From an uncultured Bacteroidaceae bacterium (GTDB lineage: Bacteria; Bacillota; Clostridia; Christensenellales; CAG-917), in NCBI GenBank assembly GCA_964599875.1, contig CAZRHE010000002.1, positions 22,415 through 86,414 on the forward strand: 64,000 nt of DNA, in the 5' to 3' direction. The notes beneath the pieces are model-generated. The model did no database searches and had not been told where the DNA came from. It saw only the letters and a program-made list of their open reading frames with translations. The number at the start of each line of letters is the position of its first letter. Within the stretch, counting starts at the first letter, position 1. This document shows positions 1 to 8,540 of the stretch, one piece after another. The position numbers and the translations under genes were made by a program.

Positions 1-191
1 ATGCTGTCTACGCCGTCCCCGAAAAATTCTTCTCCGGCTTCGACGTCGGCAAAGGATTGCGCAAGCGCACCGCCCTCTCGTTTGATGCGACTTATGCATT
101 TTCCGCCTTCGTTTACGGCGATTATGCCCGCAAGGCATTTGCATTTGACGTTGTGTTCACAGTTTGAAGTTTTGCAATTAATTTCTTTCAT
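1..191 (-). CDS. DUF1540-like small Cys-rich protein, N-terminal part (gene runs off left edge)
   Basis: Not in the ORF track because there is no stop in the window. ATG at 191-189 is preceded by AAGGAG with a 6-nt spacer. My translation is [41 protein letters not shown]..., a Cys pattern resembling Firmicute DUF1540 proteins. Confidence 0.5.
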   Translation of the reverse strand, partial: MKEINCKTSNCEHNVKCKCLAGIIAVNEGGKCISRIKREGGALAQSFADVEAGEEFFGDGVDS

Positions 192-256
192 GGCGTACTC
201 CTTGAGGTTAGTATTCCCCGTTTTGCAAAAATTAAACCATCCGTTATTATTTTGGA

Positions 257-285
257 TTGAAATACGCACGCGTATGTGTTACAAT
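257..285 (+). promoter_or_regulatory. sigma-A type promoter upstream of rplI
   Basis: TTGAAA (257-262), 17-nt spacer, TGT-TACAAT (extended -10, 280-285). Confidence 0.5.
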
Positions 286-303
286 ATGGAAAAGGAGTAT
301 ATT

Positions 304-750
304 ATGAAAGTTATTTTGTTACAAGACATCAAAGGTCAAGGCAAAAAAGGCGATATCGTCACCGTCAACGACGGATATGCACGCAACTGCTTGCTCAAAA
401 AAGGTCTTGCGCTCGAAGGCACTCCGCAAAATTTGTACGTAGCCGAACAACGCAAGAAATCCGCAGAAGCAAAAGCCGCTCAAGAAAAGGCGGATGCTCT
501 CGCACTTGCTGAAAAACTCAAAAACGTTACCATAGAGGTTAAGGCAAGAGGGGGAGAGAATAACGGCAAAATGTTCGGCAGCGTCACCAACGACGACGTA
601 GCGAAAGCCCTTGCGGAACAAGGTTACGACCTCGACAAAAAGAAAATCGAACTCAAAGAAAACATTCGCGATTTCGGTGATTTCGAAGTTATCGTGCGCG
701 TGTATGCAGGCGTGCAACAAACTCTCAAAATCCGCGTCGTCAGAGCATGA
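304..750 (+). CDS. rplI: 50S ribosomal protein L9
   Basis: [36 protein letters not shown]... is a typical L9 N-terminus. AAGGAG RBS lies upstream of ATG 304. The track ORF 1..750 is an upstream read-through extension. Confidence 0.95.
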   Translation: MKVILLQDIKGQGKKGDIVTVNDGYARNCLLKKGLALEGTPQNLYVAEQRKKSAEAKAAQEKADALALAEKLKNVTIEVKARGGENNGKMFGSVTNDDVAKALAEQGYDLDKKKIELKENIRDFGDFEVIVRVYAGVQQTLKIRVVRA

Positions 751-1454
751 GCGAATTCGTAACCTTTCTCACGGGGGATTACAAGGTCATACAGGACGAC
801 GATAAGTATTTGTTTTCGGCGGACTCCGTTCTTCTTGCGAATTTGTCGTCGATAGGCGGGAGCGATTCGGTTATCGAACTCGGCGCGGGAAGCGGAGTTA
901 TTTCCATTCTCGTAGCGGTCAAAAAGAACGCGAAGAAAGTCGTGGGCGTCGAGATAGACTCTGCAACTTGCGATATGGCAATGCGTAGCGTCAAGATGAA
1001 CAAACTCGACGACAAAATCGAAATGATTTGCGGCGACGTCAAAAATTTATCCTCGTTCGTCGCAAGCGGAAGTTTCGATAAAGCGATAATGAATCCGCCT
1101 TATTTTTCTCCTAACGACGGCACTTCGGGCGGCGGCGTCAAGGCAAGTGCAAGGAAAGAATGCGAAGGCACTCTCGAAGATTTCGTGGGGGCGGCGGCGT
1201 ACGCACTTAAAAACGGCGGGGACTTATTCTTGTCGTATAAGTTCGACAGGCTGTGCGATTTGTTCGTCGTTTTGCGCCGTCACGGGCTTGAACCGAAACG
1301 TATTTATCTCGTTTATCCCAAACTCTCCAAAGGTGTGGATACGGTGATTGTGTCCGCAAGAAAGGGCGGCAAAGTCGGGCTTATCCCCGAAACTCTCGTC
1401 GTGATGGACGAGGAGGGAAGATACACCCCCGACGTAAAAAAACTATACGATTGA
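747..1454 (+). CDS. SAM-dependent N6-adenine methyltransferase, YabB / tRNA1(Val) m6A37 (TrmN6)-like
   Basis: SAM motif ELGAGSGV and catalytic NPPYF motif. ATGA overlap with the rplI stop. Sits upstream of rsmI, as yabB-yabC does in Bacillus. Confidence 0.8.
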   Translation: MSEFVTFLTGDYKVIQDDDKYLFSADSVLLANLSSIGGSDSVIELGAGSGVISILVAVKKNAKKVVGVEIDSATCDMAMRSVKMNKLDDKIEMICGDVKNLSSFVASGSFDKAIMNPPYFSPNDGTSGGGVKASARKECEGTLEDFVGAAAYALKNGGDLFLSYKFDRLCDLFVVLRRHGLEPKRIYLVYPKLSKGVDTVIVSARKGGKVGLIPETLVVMDEEGRYTPDVKKLYD

Positions 1455-1455
1455 T

Positions 1456-2259
1456 ATGGCGAAACTGTACATTGTAGGCACGCCGATAGGCAACCTCGGC
1501 GATATAACTCTCCGCGCACTCGAAACGCTGAAAAGCGCAGATATAATCGCGTGTGAAGACACGCGTCATTCCCTTGCGCTTTTGAACAAGTACGATATAA
1601 AAGCGAAACTCGTCGCTTATCACAAATTCAACGAAGTGGAGTGTGGCGGAAAACTCATAGCGGAAATCAAGGACGGCAAAAACGTCGCGCTCATCACGGA
1701 CGCGGGCATGCCTTGTATATCGGACCCCGGCTCCATACTCGTTGCAAGGTGCAGAGAAGAGGGGGTCGAAGTGGAATCAGTCCCCGGACCTACGGCGCTA
1801 ACTACCGCCATTGCTTTGAGCGGAATACAGAGCACGGGATTCACATTTTTGGGGTTTTTGCCTGAAAAAACGAAAGATAAAGTGGCGATTTTGTCAAAAG
1901 TGAAAGATACGGGACTTCCTTTTGTTATATACGTCGCGCCCCACGACCTAAACAAAATTGCGTCCTCTTTATATGAAATTTTAGGGGACAGAAAGGTGTA
2001 CGTCGTGAGAGAAATAACCAAACTTTACGAGAGCGTCACCGTCACGTCGCTATCTTCGTTTGAGTGCGAAGAGCGCGGAGAAATCGTTATGATAGTTGAT
2101 GCGGGAGAGAACAAAAACGCATATCTCGATATGACGATTGAAGAGCATTTGAGGGCGTATTTAGAAAGTGGAATGGACAAAAAAGAGGCGGTCAAAAAGG
2201 TCGCGTCCGAAAGGGGAGAACCTAAAAACGTCGTATATCAAATAGCGTTGAATTTGTAA
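1456..2259 (+). CDS. rsmI: 16S rRNA (cytidine1402-2'-O)-methyltransferase
   Basis: LYIVGTPIGNLGDITLRALETLKSADIIACEDTRHS is the tetrapyrrole-methylase-fold RsmI signature. Confidence 0.93.
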   Translation: MAKLYIVGTPIGNLGDITLRALETLKSADIIACEDTRHSLALLNKYDIKAKLVAYHKFNEVECGGKLIAEIKDGKNVALITDAGMPCISDPGSILVARCREEGVEVESVPGPTALTTAIALSGIQSTGFTFLGFLPEKTKDKVAILSKVKDTGLPFVIYVAPHDLNKIASSLYEILGDRKVYVVREITKLYESVTVTSLSSFECEERGEIVMIVDAGENKNAYLDMTIEEHLRAYLESGMDKKEAVKKVASERGEPKNVVYQIALNL

Positions 2260-2304
2260 GGATTATCTATTCCGATAGTTTATATAAACCAAAAACAATA
2301 AGAA

Positions 2305-2338
2305 AATCCCCGCCGACTTTTCGGCGGGGATTCATTTT
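2305..2338. terminator. bidirectional rho-independent terminator between rsmI and the T4CP-like gene
   Basis: ATCCCCGCCGA (2307-2317) / TCGGCGGGGAT (2321-2331), 11-bp GC-rich stem, flanked by an A-run and a T-run. Confidence 0.85.
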
Positions 2339-4157
2339 AATCATCGTAACTTGACGGCCTACTGCCTAAATTGAAGTAATCGTCTACGACTTTTTCGTAC
2401 GTAAATTGAGGCGACTTGAAAGACTTCTGCGAGTAAGGAGTGCAGGTCTTGAGCCCTTTGCTGAAATTCTTGAAAGTGCCTTGCGCCGCGCAAGCGTAAC
2501 TTCTGATGAATTGTGAAGTTATGACGGGCATATATAGGCGTTTCACGTACATTTGACCGGGCTTTATAAGGTCGAGGTCGCTGACAGGTACGAGAGCGAC
2601 TTCTTGTATGGAGTTGATTTTCGGGAGAATTTTGGATTCGAACGTCGGGACGTGATGCTTTCCGCATTCTTCGGAGAAGAGTTCTTTCGTATTTCTATTC
2701 TGTGCACCGAGGAATATATGTGAGTTGCAGTTGTCGCGAATGACGACGGATTTTTCCGAACCGTATACGATATCAATCTGTTGATAAGATTGAATTGCAA
2801 GGTGGAACCAAATATTTCTCGATCTTGCCGTCGCGATTTTGTTTTCAAAGTCCTTGATTTCGGGAATGTTGCCAAATTCGTCGAGGAGGAAGTGCAACGT
2901 CCTTGTGGATTCTCCGTTTTCCACTTTCTCGATCATTTGCCTATATACCCAATCGATGAAAAGTCCCGCGATTTGGAAATCGCTCTTTTCGTAGTCGCGA
3001 GTGATGAGAAAAATCGCAAAGGGTTGTTTTTCGGAATTATCCACGGTAATCGTGCTGTTGGTCGTTAAGGCGAATATGTGTCCGCTGAACCAGTCTTTCA
3101 TCGAGCCGTCGAAGATGCCGCAATAACTGCGCATGGTCCTCATTGCGTTGTCGAGCGCTTCGGACATAAGCAATATGGGTTTCTTCGATTTACCTTTGAG
3201 AAGAGGATGTCCGGGAAGTCGAATTTTGCCGGAGAGAATGGGCAATTTAAGCGTCGTGTAATAGTCTTGCAACGTGCTCAAGTTCATCATATCGCGGGTG
3301 AATCCGCTTTCGGGATCGATTGCGTCTTCGAGCATGCAATAAATAAGACCTTTGAGGAGTTCTTGCGCACCCATTTCCCACGTCGGATCTTTTGTGCTCT
3401 TGATGGATATCATCATATTTGCCAGTTGATTGACAAGACTGTCGATTTCGGCGCCGAGGAAGTCGCGTTTGAAATTCACGTATTCTTCGAACTTTTCTCC
3501 GTCGGGGAACGCCTTTCCGTCGTATTCGATATAGCCGTCGCTTGAATACATCTTTTTGGGGCAAGCGTATTCAAGGCTTTTTTTGACTCTACCCGTGTGC
3601 ATAAGCGCACCTTTTCCGACCGAAAGAGTGCTCATTTTCATATCGTATACTTCGAGAAGGGGATTCCATCTGTCCGAACGAATCAAATCCTTGAAGTTGA
3701 GCACGAAAGTCTGATAACCTTGGTCTTTCAAGTGCTGTGCGTTTCTTTCGAAAAGTTCACCTTTCGGGTCGGTCAGGAAGAGGTTGGGTTTGTTCTTTTG
3801 AGAGGAAATCGCACGAAGTTGCGGTTCGACGCAACCGGTGGTTTTTCCGCTTCCCGTCGTACCGATATAGATATCGTGGTAGTTGGGAAGGAAATAGAAC
3901 CTTAATTCGCATTTTCCTTTTTCTTCTGCGGAAAGTTTTTCGAATTCGTTCATCGAATACGCTTTGCCGTCGGGGGATACATAATCGCTTGCGACGGGGA
4001 ATCCGTCCACTTCGGTGTCGGGGAGGTCCTTATAGAGTACGACTTGAAGACCGTCTTCTTCAGTTAGTTCGGTGTAATCGATTTGTTTCGAGCATTCGAG
4101 ATAGTCTTCTTCGTATTTTGATCTGATTGAATCTATGATGGAATTTTTCGTAGTCAT
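2337..4157 (-). CDS. TraG/TraD/VirD4-family type IV coupling protein-like ATPase, no predicted TM anchor
   Basis: Walker A GTTGSGKT, Walker B-like LHFLLDEFGNIP and RSRNIWFHLAIQSYQQ, all typical of T4CPs. The N-terminus (MTTKNSIIDSIRSKYEEDYLE...) is hydrophilic. AAGGAGG RBS lies 5 nt before the ATG. Confidence 0.8.
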   Translation of the reverse strand: MTTKNSIIDSIRSKYEEDYLECSKQIDYTELTEEDGLQVVLYKDLPDTEVDGFPVASDYVSPDGKAYSMNEFEKLSAEEKGKCELRFYFLPNYHDIYIGTTGSGKTTGCVEPQLRAISSQKNKPNLFLTDPKGELFERNAQHLKDQGYQTFVLNFKDLIRSDRWNPLLEVYDMKMSTLSVGKGALMHTGRVKKSLEYACPKKMYSSDGYIEYDGKAFPDGEKFEEYVNFKRDFLGAEIDSLVNQLANMMISIKSTKDPTWEMGAQELLKGLIYCMLEDAIDPESGFTRDMMNLSTLQDYYTTLKLPILSGKIRLPGHPLLKGKSKKPILLMSEALDNAMRTMRSYCGIFDGSMKDWFSGHIFALTTNSTITVDNSEKQPFAIFLITRDYEKSDFQIAGLFIDWVYRQMIEKVENGESTRTLHFLLDEFGNIPEIKDFENKIATARSRNIWFHLAIQSYQQIDIVYGSEKSVVIRDNCNSHIFLGAQNRNTKELFSEECGKHHVPTFESKILPKINSIQEVALVPVSDLDLIKPGQMYVKRLYMPVITSQFIRSYACAAQGTFKNFSKGLKTCTPYSQKSFKSPQFTYEKVVDDYFNLGSRPSSYDD

Positions 4158-4167
4158 AACTGCCTCC

Positions 4168-5070
4168 TTAAAAACCTAATCTTTCGTTGGGGTCTGCGGA
4201 GGAGTTCGTGACTTCTCTCCAATCTTGGTTGCGATAGTTGTTGATATAGTACATCTTCTTGAAGTAGTCGAGTTCGGGGGAAGAGAGCGCTTCGATAAAC
4301 GAGAAGTCGATATTGTAACGCTCGTATGCGTAAACTACGTCTTGCTTTATGGAAGACGCATACACGTAATATTCTCTCGCTTTTTCGGAGTATGTGTTTT
4401 TCTCGGACGAGGGAAGAACGGTGCAGCCCGATTTAAGATACTTTTCAAAGAGTTCCGCAAGTTCGTGGAACACGGCGGAGTTTTCTTCGTCGCCGATGAG
4501 GGAATACGCGTACGAGATAAAGTGCGCGGAGGGGATATCTCCCCAGAACGTGCATTGGAAAAGTCGTCTGATGCCCTCTTTGACGTCGACGGGACAGCCT
4601 ATGCCCAGCACGCGCATAATCCCCGTTTGTCGCGTGGTAATAAGGTCGCCCGTTGCGCTCGCGGTGCTGATTTTGGAAAAACGCACGTTTGCCTGATAGG
4701 TTTTGTAGTGTGAGTAATCGAACCAACCGGGGTTGATTTCTCCTTTTGCGTCGTCGTGCATTTTTTGCAATTTGGTGAGGACGTCGCCCTTTATGTCGAA
4801 CAAAACGTCTTTATCCGAATACTCGTCCCAAAGCGTCCTGTCGCCGTATATGGCAAGTTGGTCGGTGTGCAAACCGAGCATTGTCAAATCGTTCAAGATA
4901 AGGGAAGAGCAGTCCTCGATGAAATCGTCGTCGAGGCGATATGATTTGCCGATAAAGTGAATAACTTTTTTGGCGTCCTCAATAAATGCTGGTGATAATG
5001 CGTTTGACATCACGGTCGTCGATAGCACCATGTTGTAAAACGCCTCGTAATTTTCAAAAAATTTGTTCAT
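4168..5070 (-). CDS. hypothetical protein with one Sel1/TPR-like repeat
   Basis: The segment GIMRVLGIGCPVDVKEGIRRLFQCTFWGDIPSAHFISYAY resembles a Sel1 repeat. The stop is 10 nt from the T4CP-like start, so the two form an operon. Start chosen at MNKFF (GGAG plus 9 nt); the track start at 5109 is less likely. Confidence 0.6.
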   Translation of the reverse strand: MNKFFENYEAFYNMVLSTTVMSNALSPAFIEDAKKVIHFIGKSYRLDDDFIEDCSSLILNDLTMLGLHTDQLAIYGDRTLWDEYSDKDVLFDIKGDVLTKLQKMHDDAKGEINPGWFDYSHYKTYQANVRFSKISTASATGDLITTRQTGIMRVLGIGCPVDVKEGIRRLFQCTFWGDIPSAHFISYAYSLIGDEENSAVFHELAELFEKYLKSGCTVLPSSEKNTYSEKAREYYVYASSIKQDVVYAYERYNIDFSFIEALSSPELDYFKKMYYINNYRNQDWREVTNSSADPNERLGF

Positions 5071-5100
5071 CTTTGTCATCTCCTGTACTACTTCGATTAC

Positions 5101-5129
5101 ATAATACAATTTTTTCTCGCAAATGTCAA
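5101..5129 (-). promoter_or_regulatory. sigma-A type promoter for the Sel1-like/T4CP-like operon
   Basis: On the minus strand: TTGACA (5129-5124), 17 nt, TATTAT (5106-5101). Confidence 0.5.
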
Positions 5130-5138
5130 TGGAGAACG

Positions 5139-5177
5139 AATATCGATATTGACCAAAATCCGAATCCGTGATATATT
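5139..5177 (+). promoter_or_regulatory. promoter for the three-paralog operon with an overlapping 12-bp palindrome
   Basis: Perfect palindrome AATATCGATATT (5139-5150) overlaps the -35 TTGACC (5149-5154). A 17-nt spacer follows, then TGA-TATATT (extended -10, 5172-5177). Confidence 0.5.
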
Positions 5178-5251
5178 TATTTCGAGGAAGGAGCGGTTTA
5201 TGGTCGTCCGTCGACGGATGAAATTCCCGTCGCTCCGAAAGGAAGGAATCA

Positions 5252-6721
5252 ATGGATAATTCTAATACGTATTATATAGTTTTCAAGAATTTAAGTGAAC
5301 GCGATTTTATCACTTTAAGCGACGTTTCCGAATGGTGCGACGGCTCGCTGAAGGATGCTTTCGACGTTATCAAATTTTTGGCTTCCAACGGTGCGGTTAA
5401 GGACGTAGGAAAAGGGAAATTCAAAGTTATCGCGGACGAGGGAATATTTGAAAATATGCGCAGAGAAATCAACTGCTATAAACGCGCGATAAGCGAGGAA
5501 AGATTGCAAGAAATCGCGGATACTATGCCGCTGCAACTGCTTTCCGTCATAGGGTTTCTCGAAAGAAATCCCGGCGCGACTTACGTGGAAATCAGAGATT
5601 TCGTGCGTGAAGTCGTGGAGAAAGACCCTCTTTATTATCTTGCGGAAAGCGGAATAATCGTAGCCGTGCAAGACGGTTACATAATGCGTTATTACAACAC
5701 GATTCCAACCGAAACGATAAATCGCTTGCCCCATCTTTTATCAAACAGTATAGCGACGAACAAAGGCGTCGGATTGACTGAAAGGTTTGCCTTTTGCGGA
5801 TTCGACTCGTGGGAAGAATGGCATTACGGCGAGGACGAGGAAATCGAAAATCCGCAAGAAGTCGAAATCGAAGAGGTAGACCTCATAACGCGGATAATGC
5901 GCAAAATGATCGGCAACGAGTCTTTTGCGGATGAAGAAGCGGAAAGGAAAAAGGAATATCTTGCGTCGAAAATCACAGACGTTTTCAAGGATAGGACTTT
6001 TCCCGTCGTGTTCGAAAATTCGAAAGGCGTGAAATTGGCGATTTCGGATGCGACCATACACGGCGATCCGTACGACTGGTTAAAAAAATGCGTTATGGAG
6101 AGCGACGATGCCACCATACTCGAATTTTTCGGCGTTGACGTCAATTTGCCCGAGTTGAGAAAAACGGAATGTATTGCGATATCTCTACTTATTGACAGTC
6201 TAACTTTGAAGTATAACGACAAAGTCGGAGAAGTCCATATGGGTATGAACCTGGATACGAACGAAGCCGACAATATTACTTATAGATATTTGATGCGCTA
6301 CGGTGCGCTTAAATTCAACGCCGAAGTTGATACGAGCGAAACCCGATTAAGTGATTTCCGTTTCCATCAAAAACGTGTTTGGTGTTGCGTCACGGACGTT
6401 CCCGTCACCCTCGAAAACAAAGAGGTGCCGGGCGTTACTTTGCATGCGCGCGTGTCTTTGAACGGGGTCGCAAAGTACGTCGTAAAAAGCGCGGCGTACA
6501 CAAACTTGATAAGCGATATAAAACCTTTCCTCGGAAAGTATTTCACAAAGGAAAAGGACCCTTTCGACTCGTACTTGGCTGAAGCGTACGTCGTCATGGA
6601 AAGCGAACGGAAGTTGGTACTTGAAAAAGAACTGGTTACACAACTGAGTGAAGAAGAGGTGGCGTCTATCAACGGCGATACCGGAATAACAATCAAATGC
6701 GTTTTTAAGGATAAAAAGTAG
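5252..6721 (+). CDS. hypothetical protein, paralog A (two wHTH-like modules + acidic linker + shared C-domain)
   Basis: N-terminus ITLSDVSEWCDGSLKDAFDVIKFLASNGAVKDVGKGKFKVI aligns with the N-termini of the next two ORFs. GGAAGGA RBS. Confidence 0.75.
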   Translation: MDNSNTYYIVFKNLSERDFITLSDVSEWCDGSLKDAFDVIKFLASNGAVKDVGKGKFKVIADEGIFENMRREINCYKRAISEERLQEIADTMPLQLLSVIGFLERNPGATYVEIRDFVREVVEKDPLYYLAESGIIVAVQDGYIMRYYNTIPTETINRLPHLLSNSIATNKGVGLTERFAFCGFDSWEEWHYGEDEEIENPQEVEIEEVDLITRIMRKMIGNESFADEEAERKKEYLASKITDVFKDRTFPVVFENSKGVKLAISDATIHGDPYDWLKKCVMESDDATILEFFGVDVNLPELRKTECIAISLLIDSLTLKYNDKVGEVHMGMNLDTNEADNITYRYLMRYGALKFNAEVDTSETRLSDFRFHQKRVWCCVTDVPVTLENKEVPGVTLHARVSLNGVAKYVVKSAAYTNLISDIKPFLGKYFTKEKDPFDSYLAEAYVVMESERKLVLEKELVTQLSEEEVASINGDTGITIKCVFKDKK

Positions 6722-6730
6722 GCGGGATAT

Positions 6731-8539
6731 ATGGAAAACGAAAGAAACAAAATTGAACAAAACTGCGAGAATAATTTGTCTTACCGTATTTTCGACCTAC
6801 TTGAACACGGCGACGTTTTGACTTTCGACGACGTCGTGGAGTGTTGCGATACTCCGTCGAAGGCGTTTTCTACTATGAAATATCTTGTGAGAACGGGTTT
6901 TTTGAAAGAGAAAAGAAACGGAAAGTATGCGATTTTGTGTGGTGCGGAGGATATTCTCGAAATAAGGCGGGCAACTAAAAATTTCAAGAAAAGATACAGC
7001 GAGGATGAAATCGAAAAGTTTTGCAACCTTTCGCCTTCCGCTTGTATAACTACGTTGGATGTTATCGATGCAAACGGCGGTGCGACTTATCTCGATATTT
7101 ATGCGGAAGCGCGTTTCACCGTGCCTTATAATCCTTTGCCGTATTTGCTGAATTACGGCGCGGTCGTTTATTATGACGGGAAGTATTACAGCACTTTTGA
7201 CACCGAAGTCGTTAGAAATACGTATGTAAATTGTCACGGCGAAGGGTTGTCCCGCGAAGAGCGTGAACTCAATTTAAGGCGGTGGAGATGGAAAGAACCG
7301 ACCGACGATATCGATTCCTATTTTTCTCGATTGAAAAACGAAACCGACTGGGACGGCTGGGGATATGACGATTATGCAGATTACGGCGTCGTTCCTTTGG
7401 ATTACGACTTTGAAATCGGTGACGTAACGGAAGAAGAAGTCGCCGAAAAATTAAACGAATTCGTCGACGCAAGAATAAATGCGTACAAAGAAGAACTCGA
7501 TAAAGAAGATGACGACGAAGACGATGAAGACGACGAAGAAGAGAACAACCGCCGCAGAGATTTGCTTAGGAAACTTTCAAGAGCGGAAGCGACGAGCATA
7601 ATCAGAGATCCGTCGGACGATCACCTGCGCGAACGATTGTATGTTAATATGACGCGCAAAAACAGATTCGACGATTATCGCATCAACGTAATCGGCGAAA
7701 ACGGCAAAAAAGTTAGGGAGAAAGAACAATTATTCAACATGAGCGGAGGCTTAAATAATATTGCTTACAATTTGGCGTATGAGGACGAAACCGAATTGCA
7801 AGGACTTTTGGACGTCATAAACTTCGACGCAAAGGATTATAAGATCACTCGCGGCAAGGCGATATACGATATCGTCGACAAAATGTACGTTCAAGTAAGT
7901 GCGGAAATTGCGGAAATCGAAAAGGCGGACGACACTTATACTTATCTTAAATACGACGAAATCGACGTCTTGAAAGAAATGGTCGAAAACGGCAAAGCGT
8001 CGGGGCTCGAAGATAAAGTGTTTTTGGACGTAATGGCAGAAGAATTGTTTAGACAATCATTCGACGATTTGGACCACGACGGCGTCCTCGTCGAACTCGC
8101 ATTGAAAAGGGAATTGACGGTTTTTCTCACTTTCATAAAGGACGAGGAAAAACTAAACGAACTCAGAGACGACCAAACGAAGTTTGCGGTGAGCACCGCC
8201 GTCACTGAGATTGTTTTCGTCAACGAATACGGGAAAGAATTGAACGCATGGCTGAACGTTGAAAGACGTCCCGACGTACTTCTCGAAATTGCGTTTGCTT
8301 TCAACGGAGAAGATGCGGTGAAGGATTATTTCGGCGTTGCGGAGATGCCCGTCGACGTCTACGACCCGTTTTTGGATATGGACGAACTCGTCGAATCGGT
8401 TGAAATTCTCGTCGGAGACGAACACGTCCCTCTCGACATGCACGATTGCGTTTTACCCCAATTGGAGCAAGAACAAATACTTAAACTGCGCGGGAAGAAA
8501 ATATTCCGCATAACCACTAACCCTAATTTGAGAGGTTAA
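6731..8539 (+). CDS. hypothetical protein, paralog B (two wHTH-like modules + poly-acidic linker + shared C-domain)
   Basis: LTFDDVVECCDTPSKAFSTMKYLVRTGFLKEKRNGKYAIL; a RRWRWKE motif; the acidic run DKEDDDEDDEDDEEEN; the C-terminal block ESVEILVGDEHVPLDMHDCVLPQLEQEQILKL matches paralog C. Confidence 0.75.
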   Translation: MENERNKIEQNCENNLSYRIFDLLEHGDVLTFDDVVECCDTPSKAFSTMKYLVRTGFLKEKRNGKYAILCGAEDILEIRRATKNFKKRYSEDEIEKFCNLSPSACITTLDVIDANGGATYLDIYAEARFTVPYNPLPYLLNYGAVVYYDGKYYSTFDTEVVRNTYVNCHGEGLSREERELNLRRWRWKEPTDDIDSYFSRLKNETDWDGWGYDDYADYGVVPLDYDFEIGDVTEEEVAEKLNEFVDARINAYKEELDKEDDDEDDEDDEEENNRRRDLLRKLSRAEATSIIRDPSDDHLRERLYVNMTRKNRFDDYRINVIGENGKKVREKEQLFNMSGGLNNIAYNLAYEDETELQGLLDVINFDAKDYKITRGKAIYDIVDKMYVQVSAEIAEIEKADDTYTYLKYDEIDVLKEMVENGKASGLEDKVFLDVMAEELFRQSFDDLDHDGVLVELALKRELTVFLTFIKDEEKLNELRDDQTKFAVSTAVTEIVFVNEYGKELNAWLNVERRPDVLLEIAFAFNGEDAVKDYFGVAEMPVDVYDPFLDMDELVESVEILVGDEHVPLDMHDCVLPQLEQEQILKLRGKKIFRITTNPNLRG

Positions 8540-8540
8540 T

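Noticed and set aside
1-303. N-terminal 101 aa of the track ORF 1..750, upstream of rplI.
   Set aside because: This is read-through of the intergenic and promoter region in the L9 frame. L9 starts at ATG 304 with AAGGAG. The real gene in this stretch is on the minus strand (1..191).
7402-7599. Poly-Ser antisense ORF and the GAA/GAC-rich repeat in paralog B, as a possible tandem DNA repeat or contingency locus.
   Set aside because: The repeat is an imperfect Asp/Glu codon run that encodes the acidic linker. It is not a perfect microsatellite, and the antisense ORF is a by-product.
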